A DNA stretch of 24,000 nt. Origin: an uncultured Pseudomonadota bacterium (lineage in GTDB: Bacteria > Pseudomonadota > Gammaproteobacteria > Burkholderiales > Burkholderiaceae_C). Every line of letters starts with the position of its first letter. Position 1 is the stretch's first letter. The notes beneath the pieces were generated by a model. It saw only the letters and a list, made by a program, of their open reading frames with translations, ran no database searches and was not told the DNA's origin. The stretch spans positions 10,344-34,343 of the forward strand of contig CAWBGQ010000005.1 in the NCBI GenBank assembly GCA_963788265.1, given 5' to 3'. Positions 17,525 to 24,000 of this stretch are shown in pieces. The translations under genes and the position numbers were made by a program.

Positions 17525-17850
17525 GCCGCTTCCGATTTAGGCGGGCGTGGCTTTTCAGGTGCGGATGTCGATGCCGCTGGCGACGCCGCCGCTGGGGCTG
17601 CTACCGGCGCCGCCGGGTCAGCCGATTTGGACTCCGACTTTTCGGCCTCGACGGTGGCGGGCGTGCTACCGCCTCGGAAGTCGGTGGCATACCAACCGGA
17701 CCCCTTCAGCTGGAAGCCCGCGGCGGTGACCTGCTTGGCGAAGCTCGAGGCTCCGCACTCCGGGCAGGTGCTCAGCACGGGGTCGGAAACTTTCTGCAGT
17801 ACGTCCTGCCGGTGTCCGCAGGACTCGCACTTGTAGGCGTAGATCGGCAT
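17521..17850 (-). CDS. FmdB-family putative regulatory zinc-ribbon protein (109 aa)
   Basis: MPIYAYKCESCGHRQDVLQKVSDPVLSTCPECG has two CxxC pairs, the canonical FmdB/CxxC_CxxC_SSSS N-terminus. The tail is low-complexity and Ala/Pro-rich. Confidence 0.85.
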   Translation of the reverse strand: MPIYAYKCESCGHRQDVLQKVSDPVLSTCPECGASSFAKQVTAAGFQLKGSGWYATDFRGGSTPATVEAEKSESKSADPAAPVAAPAAASPAASTSAPEKPRPPKSEAA

Positions 17851-17878
17851 GGTGGGATCGATGACGCAAAACCCAGAA

Positions 17879-17884
17879 TTATAG
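17879..17884 (-). promoter_or_regulatory. Candidate -10 hexamer (perfect TATAAT on the minus strand) upstream of the fmdB-like gene
   Basis: The plus strand reads attata, so the minus strand reads TATAAT. It ends 28 nt upstream of the ATG at 17850. Only a weak -35 (TAGATC, 18-nt spacer). This is a sequence match only. Confidence 0.3.
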
Positions 17885-17970
17885 GTTCCGCAGCGATCTG
17901 CGATCTACGCCGGCGCCGTTGTCCAGCTGCCGTGACAAGCAGGCCAGATTCGTATGGTATGCCGTCCAGC

Positions 17971-18135
17971 TCAGGCTGGCCACCAATGCAACCAAGCGCG
18001 CACCAACAGCACGCCGGCCAGGAAGCCCAGCGCGCCGAACAGCAGCGACTGCAGCAGGCGATTGGTGCGCCGCTGTTCACCCAGCAAGGCGATCAACGCG
18101 GCCGATTCAGCGGCCGATTGCGCCTGGCGCCTGCA
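17971..18135 (-). other. ubiB: Out-of-frame C-terminal segment of ubiB (transmembrane tail), displaced by an apparent frameshift
   Basis: The alternative minus-strand frame reads ...[51 protein letters not shown]. This is the RRxNRLL plus hydrophobic-helix tail expected at the C-terminus of UbiB. Confidence 0.65.
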
Positions 18136-19531
18136 GCGCCTGGTGCAGCAGGCGCGGCAGCTCCGGCAGCAACTGGGCATAGCGCGGCGCCTCGTTCTTC
18201 AGGCGATCGACCAGCCCTTGCCATCCGACCTGCTGGTTCATCCAGCGTTCGAGGAAGGGTTTGGCCGTGCTCCACAGGTCGAGTTCCGGGTCGAGCTGCC
18301 GGCCCAGCCCCTCGATGTTGAGCAGCGTCTTCTGCAACAGCACCAGCTGCGGCTGTATCTCGACATTGAAGCGCCGCGAGGTCTGGAACAGGCGCATCAG
18401 CACCTGGCCGAGCGAAATGTCCTTCAGCGGCCGGTCGAAGTGGGGTTCGCACACCGCGCGAATGGCATTTTCCAGCGCATCGACCCGGGTCGCCGGCGGC
18501 ACCCAGCCCGACTCGACGTGCAACTCCGCCACGCGTTTGTAGTCGCGGCGGAAGAAGGCGATGAAGTTCTGAGCGAGGTATTCCTTGTCCCATTCGGTGA
18601 GCGTGCCGATGATGCCGAAGTCCAGCGCGATGTAGCGGCCGAAGGTGGCCGGCTCGGTGCTTACCTGGATGTTGCCGGGGTGCATGTCGGCATGAAAGTA
18701 GCCGTCGCGGAACACCTGCGTGAAGAAGATCGTCACGCCATCGCGGGCCAGCTTCTGCAGGTCCACGCCGGCCTCGCGCAGGCGCTGGGTCTGGCTGATC
18801 GGGATGCCGTACATGCGCTCCATGACGATGACCGTCGAGGTGCAGTAGTCCCACAGCATCTCCGGCACCATCACCAGGTTCAAGCCCTGCATGTTGCGGC
18901 GCAGTTGCGCGGCATTGGCGGCTTCGCGTACCAGGTCCAGTTCGTCGTGCAGGTAGACGTCGAACTCGGCCACCACCTCGCGCGGCCGCAGCCGCTTGCC
19001 GTCGGCGCTGAGCCGCTCGACCCAGCGGGCCAGCGTATGCAGCAGCGTCAGGTCGTCGTCGATGACTGCCAGCATGCCCGGACGCAGCACCTTGACCGCG
19101 ACCTCGCGGCCGTCCTGCATTGTCGCGAAATGCACCTGCGCGATCGACGCGCTGGCCACCGCCTCGGCATCGAAGCTGGCGAACAGCTCGTCGATGCGCC
19201 GGCCGAAGGCCTTCTCCACCAGCGCCGCGGCCTGCGCGGCGGAAATCGGCGGCACGCGGTCCTGCAGTTTGGCCAGTTCGTCGGCCACGTCCAGCGGCAG
19301 CAAGTCGCGGCGCGTCGACAGCACCTGGCCGAACTTGACGAAGATCGGGCCCAGCCGCTCCAGCGCCAGCCGCAGCCGTACGCCGCGGGGTTGATCGAAG
19401 CGCCGACCCAGCGTGACCGTCCACGACAGTGCGCGCACCCAGCGCTGCCGGAAGCCCGACATCGCCAGCTCGTCCAGTCCGAATCGCAGCACGGTGAACA
19501 CGATGAACACCAGCCGCAGGAAGCGCCTCAT
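18107..19531 (-). CDS. ubiB: Ubiquinone biosynthesis regulatory protein kinase UbiB (474 aa as encoded; about 519 aa if the frameshift near 18110-18140 is corrected)
   Basis: [12 protein letters not shown]...[20 protein letters not shown]...[11 protein letters not shown]....[12 protein letters not shown]...[13 protein letters not shown]...ALDFGI..TL are ABC1/UbiB kinase-like motifs. The ATG overlaps the ubiJ stop (ATGA). The ORF-track call extends upstream spuriously to 20173. Confidence 0.9.
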   Translation of the reverse strand: MRRFLRLVFIVFTVLRFGLDELAMSGFRQRWVRALSWTVTLGRRFDQPRGVRLRLALERLGPIFVKFGQVLSTRRDLLPLDVADELAKLQDRVPPISAAQAAALVEKAFGRRIDELFASFDAEAVASASIAQVHFATMQDGREVAVKVLRPGMLAVIDDDLTLLHTLARWVERLSADGKRLRPREVVAEFDVYLHDELDLVREAANAAQLRRNMQGLNLVMVPEMLWDYCTSTVIVMERMYGIPISQTQRLREAGVDLQKLARDGVTIFFTQVFRDGYFHADMHPGNIQVSTEPATFGRYIALDFGIIGTLTEWDKEYLAQNFIAFFRRDYKRVAELHVESGWVPPATRVDALENAIRAVCEPHFDRPLKDISLGQVLMRLFQTSRRFNVEIQPQLVLLQKTLLNIEGLGRQLDPELDLWSTAKPFLERWMNQQVGWQGLVDRLKNEAPRYAQLLPELPRLLHQALQAPGAIGR

Positions 19532-20061
19532 GTCGGTGGCGGCCGCGTGCGCTGCGTGAACCCGGACGCCCCCTGCAGCGCCGTGCGCAGGCCGCGTGCC
19601 AGTGCCGAGCCCAACCGGTGCATCGGGTAGGCCACCGTCGGGCCGAACAGCCGATCCATGTCGGCTGCCACATCCCAGCGCAGGTTCTGCAGCAGCCAGT
19701 TCACGTCGCCGGCCAGTTGGGCATTGCCGTCGATCGCCACCGACGGCTTGTCGCCCGCCATGGCTCTGGCCATCAGCAGCAGCGGGTTCGCGGCATCGAC
19801 ACGGACGATCAAGTCGGCTTGAACGGCAGTGCCTGTGCCGCCCCACCATTCGAGCATGCCTGCAGGCGTGACCTTGAAGGCCAGCGTCGGCGGTGCTGGC
19901 AGCAGCGACGGCCAGCCCTGCATCTGCAGCTCGATGACACGCTGGTCGTGGGCCTGAAGGCGCTGGGTGGCTGCAGGCTCGGCATTCAGCACATGGTTCA
20001 CGACGAGGACGAGGCGCTCCATCAACGCGGGAGCGAGCATGGCGTTCAAACTGTGCAGCAT
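19528..20061 (-). CDS. ubiJ: Ubiquinone biosynthesis accessory factor UbiJ (SCP2-domain protein, 177 aa)
   Basis: [38 protein letters not shown]...[32 protein letters not shown] matches the UbiJ pattern (..NH.L..EP......L..H.G....GDA.LA......L..LRWD.E.DL). AGGAA lies upstream of ATG 20061. The gene is translationally coupled to ubiB. Confidence 0.8.
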   Translation of the reverse strand: MLHSLNAMLAPALMERLVLVVNHVLNAEPAATQRLQAHDQRVIELQMQGWPSLLPAPPTLAFKVTPAGMLEWWGGTGTAVQADLIVRVDAANPLLLMARAMAGDKPSVAIDGNAQLAGDVNWLLQNLRWDVAADMDRLFGPTVAYPMHRLGSALARGLRTALQGASGFTQRTRPPPT

Positions 20062-20797
20062 TTCCTGATTGTAGGGATGGTGTTCCGGTCCTCCTTTGGC
20101 GCTTGCAGTCGGCGGGCGCAGACAACTGAGGGAGAATCTCGGGGTGTCGAAAGGTCTGGCCCCAACGCGGCATCGGGAGCTTTGTCGTCGGAGAGGGAAA
20201 GCTGCTGCCTCGTCGGCGCAGCCCTCAATCGTATGGTCTCGCCTGTCTGGACGTGAGCCGCTCCCGGCGACCAGGCGGAACTGCCAAACGAACTGCAATC
20301 CTATGAATCTTGATGCCCGTACCAATGCGCTGCCGGTGTCGTTCTGACTTGAGAAAGCAGCGGCCGATTCGGAGGCTTGTGCTCGAGGCAACGAAGCTTG
20401 AACTCGTCACTGGCATGGCTTGCGCCGACGCATGCAGCTTGGGCTGGTCATCAGCCGCCTTCGTGGAGCACAGCGGTACAAATGTGCGCGGGCCCCGCCT
20501 GGCATTCGACGTGGCTGGCGGAGGGTTGCGCCGCGGCCGCTCCGATTGGTTGACTGTGCGCGCGAAGGACAGAACGGCTCGGCCGCGAGCCCTGCGCTGG
20601 GACACCGCGTCCGTGCAGGCCGGGTTCGGCGTCGTGGTCGGCCCCGAGGCGAAACTTGGCGATCCAGGCGACAGGCTCTTGCCCGAGAAGGATCGCCTGG
20701 ACGTTCGTCAGCCAGGATTCCCGTCTCGCTGCCGTGGAGCGAGTGTCAAGACAAGACGTTCCTGGGGCGCCAGCCATGCGGCGTGTTTGGTGCAGCC

Positions 20798-21832
20798 ATG
20801 AAGCGCCACACCGTCCTGCTCACTGGCGCCACTGGCTACATTGCGTCGCATACCTGGTTGGCCCTTCTCGAGGCTGGCTATGGCGTCGTGGGTATCGATG
20901 ATTTTTCGAACAGCTTGCCCGAAGTACTGGAGCGCATCGAACGCCTGGCTGGAACCAGACCGGTGTTCGAGCGCGCCGACGTCTGCGACAAGGCGGCGCT
21001 CAGCAGGTTGTTTGCCGTGTACTCGCCTGACGCCGTGGTGCATTTCGCTGCTCGCAAGGCTGTCGGTGAATCGGTGATCAAGCCGCTCGACTACTACAGC
21101 AACAACCTGGGTGGACTGTTGAGCGTTTGCGAAGCGATGCAGGCCGCCGAATGCCGACGCATCGTCTTCAGTTCCAGCGCCACGGTCTACGGCGTGCCCG
21201 AGCGGCTGCCCATCGCGGAGGACGCTGTCCTGTTTGCAGTCAACCCCTATGGTCAGACCAAGCTGATGGGCGAGACCGTGCTGCGCGACCTGGTGAGCAG
21301 CGACCCGCGATGGAAGGTCGCAACGCTGCGCTACTTCAATCCCGTGGGTGCCCACGAAAGCGGTCTGATCGGCGAAGACCCGCGTGGTACGCCAAACAAC
21401 CTGATGCCCTATGTGGCCCAAGTCGCGGCGGGTCGCCGCTCGAGCCTGCAGGTCTTCGGCGACGACTACGACACCGCCGATGGCACCGGTGTGCGTGACT
21501 ACATTCATGTCAGCGACCTGGCAGAGGGTCATGTGGCGGCGCTTCGCTACCTCTTCGACTCGAGCCAATCGCTGACGGTCAATCTGGGCACCGGGCAGGG
21601 GTATAGCGTGCTGGATGTCGTACGAGCCTATTCGCAGGCCTGTGGCAAAGAGATTCCCTATGTCGTCGGTCCGCGCCGGCCCGGTGACGTGGCCGCCTGC
21701 TATGCGGATCCCAGGCGCGCCGCGCAACTGCTGGGTTGGCGCGCTTCGCTGGGGCTGGACCGGATGTGCGCCGACAGCTGGCGCTGGCAACGCATGAACC
21801 CAAACGGCTTCGGCGACGCTTCTGATGCGTGA
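20798..21832 (+). CDS. galE: UDP-glucose 4-epimerase GalE (344 aa)
   Basis: VLLTGATGYIASHT Rossmann motif. HFAARKAVGES. SSSATVYG...NPYGQTKLMGE (the YxxxK catalytic motif). LRYFNPVGAHESGLIGEDP.G.PNNLMPY. VRDYIHV.DLA.GH. Start chosen at ATG 20798; the ORF-track start at 20420 adds an Arg-rich, non-protein-like extension. Confidence 0.9.
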   Translation: MKRHTVLLTGATGYIASHTWLALLEAGYGVVGIDDFSNSLPEVLERIERLAGTRPVFERADVCDKAALSRLFAVYSPDAVVHFAARKAVGESVIKPLDYYSNNLGGLLSVCEAMQAAECRRIVFSSSATVYGVPERLPIAEDAVLFAVNPYGQTKLMGETVLRDLVSSDPRWKVATLRYFNPVGAHESGLIGEDPRGTPNNLMPYVAQVAAGRRSSLQVFGDDYDTADGTGVRDYIHVSDLAEGHVAALRYLFDSSQSLTVNLGTGQGYSVLDVVRAYSQACGKEIPYVVGPRRPGDVAACYADPRRAAQLLGWRASLGLDRMCADSWRWQRMNPNGFGDASDA

Positions 21833-21898
21833 GCTTCCATCGGCATGCATCGGCCGCGTGCGCTGGATCCACAAGATGCCTATCTCAAGATTGCCCTT

Positions 21899-23344
21899 AT
21901 GAGTTCGATCGATCTTCAGCCCGTCATCATCGCCGGCGGCAGCGGCACGCGGCTGTGGCCGCTCTCGCGCTCCACCTACCCGAAGCAGTTCCTGGCGCTG
22001 CATGGTCGGCACAGCCTGTTCCAGCAGGCCGCTCTGCGTCTGCATTCGCTGGCTGCGGCGGACATTGCCATCGGCGGGCTGTGCGTGGTGTGCAACGAGG
22101 ATCATCGCTTCCTGGTGCTGGACCAGTTGGCGGGGATGAAGCTGCCGCCGGCCACGCTGCTGCTGGAGCCGACCGGCCGCAACACCGCGCCGGCGATGAC
22201 GCTGGCGGCGTTGGACAGCACACAACAAGGGCGTGACCCCGTGCTGGTGGTGACGCCGGCCGACCAGAGCATCGGCGATGAGGCCGCCTTCACCGCGGCG
22301 CTGCAGCGTGCGGTGCGCGCGGCCTCGGCCGGCGCCTTCGTGATCCTCGGCGTGGCCCCCGATCGGCCGGAAACCGGCTACGGCTACATCCGCTGCGAAC
22401 GTACGGGTCAGGGCGAGATGAAGGTTGCGAAGTTCGCCGAAAAGCCCGACGCGGCGACTGCGCAACGCTACCTGGACGACGGCGGCTACTACTGGAACAG
22501 CGGCATGTTCGTGGTGCGCGCCTCGGTGTGGTTGAAGGCGCTGGGCCGGTTCCGGGCCGACATCCTGGACGCCACCCGCCTGGCTTGGGACGGCCGCAAC
22601 GTGGACGCCAGCTTCGTGCGGCCCGACAAGGCCTTGTTCGAGGCCATTCCCAGCGAGTCGGTTGACTACGCGGTGCTGGAGAAGTGCCCCGACGTGGGCG
22701 AGTTCGACATCCGCATGGTGCCGCTGGCCGCGGCCTGGTCCGACCTGGGCGCCTGGGACGCTGTCTGGCAGGTCAGCGCCAAGGATGCGGCTGGCAACGC
22801 CACGACGGGTGATGCGCTGCTCAGCGACACCCGCGACACGCTGGTGCATGCCACCAGTCGGCTGGTGGGCGTGATCGGCCTTCACGACGTCGTCGTCGTC
22901 GAGACGCCGGATGCGGTGCTGGTGGCCGATCGCTCGCGCAGCCAGGAGGTCAAGAACATCGTCAGCCAGCTCCAGCAGGCCGGGCGCAGCGAGCCGAGCT
23001 TGCATCGGCAGGTGCATCGGCCTTGGGGCTGGTACGACAGCATCGATTCCGGCCCGCGTTTCCAGGTCAAACGCATCATGGTCAAGCCCGGCGCGTCCTT
23101 GAGCTTGCAGAAGCACCACCATCGCGCCGAGCACTGGATCGTCGTGTCCGGCACCGCCGAGGTGACCAACGGCGACCATGTGATCCTGCTCGGCGAGAAC
23201 CAGAGCACCTACATTCCGCTCGGGCAAGTGCACCGCCTGGCCAACCCGGGCAAGGTGCCGCTGGAAATCATCGAAGTGCAGTCCGGCAGCTACCTGGGCG
23301 AAGACGACATCGTCCGCTTCGAAGACCACTACGGCCGTGGCTGA
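21899..23344 (+). CDS. manC: Bifunctional mannose-1-phosphate guanylyltransferase / mannose-6-phosphate isomerase (ManC/XanB/AlgA type, 481 aa)
   Basis: [17 protein letters not shown]...PKQF, the ETGYGYI and YYWNSGMF(V) motifs, and a C-terminal cupin ([44 protein letters not shown]). Start chosen at ATG 21899. Confidence 0.9.
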   Translation: MSSIDLQPVIIAGGSGTRLWPLSRSTYPKQFLALHGRHSLFQQAALRLHSLAAADIAIGGLCVVCNEDHRFLVLDQLAGMKLPPATLLLEPTGRNTAPAMTLAALDSTQQGRDPVLVVTPADQSIGDEAAFTAALQRAVRAASAGAFVILGVAPDRPETGYGYIRCERTGQGEMKVAKFAEKPDAATAQRYLDDGGYYWNSGMFVVRASVWLKALGRFRADILDATRLAWDGRNVDASFVRPDKALFEAIPSESVDYAVLEKCPDVGEFDIRMVPLAAAWSDLGAWDAVWQVSAKDAAGNATTGDALLSDTRDTLVHATSRLVGVIGLHDVVVVETPDAVLVADRSRSQEVKNIVSQLQQAGRSEPSLHRQVHRPWGWYDSIDSGPRFQVKRIMVKPGASLSLQKHHHRAEHWIVVSGTAEVTNGDHVILLGENQSTYIPLGQVHRLANPGKVPLEIIEVQSGSYLGEDDIVRFEDHYGRG

Positions 23345-23390
23345 CGCCCGGCCGGCATTCCAACCATCCACCGAACCCCAGAGCCTTCTC

Positions 23391-24000
23391 ATGATCCTTG
23401 TCACTGGCGGTGCCGGCTTCATCGGCAGCAACTTCGTGCTGGACTGGCTTGCGCAGAGCGACGAACCGGTGCTCAACCTCGACGCGCTGACCTACGCCGG
23501 CAACATGGAGAACTTCGCCGCGCTGGACGGCGATCCGCGGCATGTGTTCGTGCACGGCGACATCTGCGACCGTGCGCTGCTCGACCGCTTGCTGGCAGAA
23601 CACCGGCCGCGTGCGGTGCTGCACTTTGCGGCCGAGAGCCATGTCGACCGCAGCATCCATGGCCCCGCGGCCTTCGTGCGCACCAATGTCGAAGGCACCT
23701 TCACGCTGCTCGAGGCGGCCCGCGCGCACTGGAGCCGCTTGTCGGATGCCGAGCGCGCTGCCTTCCGCTTCCACCACGTGTCCACCGACGAGGTCTATGG
23801 CAGCCTGGAGCCGGGCGAGCCGGCCTTCACCGAGACGCACCTGTACCAGCCGAACAGCCCCTACTCGGCCAGCAAGGCAGCCAGTGACCATCTGGTGCGC
23901 GCCTGGTTCCACACCTACGGGCTGCCGGTGCTGACCACCAACTGCTCCAACAACTACGGCCCCTTTCACTTCCCGGAGAAGCTGATCCCGCTGATGATCG
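23391..24000 (+). CDS. rfbB: dTDP-glucose 4,6-dehydratase RfbB, N-terminal ~203 codons (continues past the window end)
   Basis: My own translation from ATG 23391 (this ORF is not in the track because it is open-ended): [16 protein letters not shown]...[10 protein letters not shown]......[10 protein letters not shown]...[23 protein letters not shown]...[12 protein letters not shown]...F.E....[26 protein letters not shown]...[17 protein letters not shown]. These are canonical RfbB motifs. Confidence 0.9.
   Translation, partial: MILVTGGAGFIGSNFVLDWLAQSDEPVLNLDALTYAGNMENFAALDGDPRHVFVHGDICDRALLDRLLAEHRPRAVLHFAAESHVDRSIHGPAAFVRTNVEGTFTLLEAARAHWSRLSDAERAAFRFHHVSTDEVYGSLEPGEPAFTETHLYQPNSPYSASKAASDHLVRAWFHTYGLPVLTTNCSNNYGPFHFPEKLIPLMI

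Noticed and set aside
20411-20424. Sigma-54-like TGGCAT...TTGC motif upstream of galE
   Set aside because: The GG-to-GC spacing is 2 nt shorter than the strict -24/-12 geometry. It is not a credible RpoN promoter.
20062-20797. Remnant of the Tim44-like gene expected between ubiE and ubiJ
   Set aside because: None of the six frames shows Tim44-like C-terminal motifs or any extended protein-like composition. The absence is noted in the findings, but no pseudogene call is justified.
20708-23476. 922-aa minus-strand ORF spanning galE and manC
   Set aside because: Same antisense-shadow artefact. It crosses two well-supported plus-strand genes and their intergenic gap, and its composition is low-complexity.
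1-24000. CRISPR arrays, tRNA, rRNA, integron attC sites or prophage features anywhere in the window
   Set aside because: No regularly spaced direct repeats were seen. There are no cloverleaf-compatible sequences and no rRNA-like stretches. The only repeats are the IS inverted repeats and target duplication, short tandem repeats at 12429-12456 and 18098-18121, and the ugp hairpins.

Overview
High-GC chromosomal window that looks betaproteobacterial (Comamonadaceae-like gene content; this is an inference). It is mostly housekeeping genes, with one composite mobile element and a rearranged, partly lower-GC polysaccharide and nucleotide-sugar region.

Gene order, left to right:
- ugpE' (5' end only), ugpA and ugpB on the minus strand. 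Two perfect GC-rich hairpins and a G-quadruplex motif lie between ugpB and ugpA.
- A ~1300-aa DUF3683/FAD/4Fe-4S/CCG fusion oxidoreductase on the plus strand.
- An IS5-family element (6529..9568) with 18-bp perfect terminal inverted repeats and a CTAA target duplication, inserted exactly at the oxidoreductase stop codon.
- Inside that IS, a ~1.85-kb group II intron splits the transposase gene. The intron carries an endonuclease-less RT/maturase ORF and a textbook domain V and domain VI.
- DUF971 and ubiE on the plus strand.
- A lower-GC block on the plus strand: an EpsD-family PPIase lipoprotein, a UDP-glucuronate 4-epimerase-like gene and a frameshifted TviB/WbpO-like nucleotide-sugar dehydrogenase.
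- A minus-strand housekeeping block: aspS, DUF502, FmdB zinc ribbon, ubiB (apparent C-terminal frameshift) and ubiJ.
- A 736-bp spacer with no credible ORF.
- galE, manC and the 5' part of rfbB on the plus strand.

Points worth a second look:
- The intron-in-IS nesting.
- The canonical ubiE-ubiJ-ubiB operon is broken, consistent with a ~9-10 kb inversion.
- Two single-base frameshifts, in ubiB and in the dehydrogenase.
- An orphan PEP-CTERM-type PPIase.

I found no tRNA, rRNA or CRISPR array. I also found no convincing novel multi-gene system. The reverse transcriptase is fully explained as a group II intron protein. The many long ORFs opposite real genes are high-GC antisense shadows.
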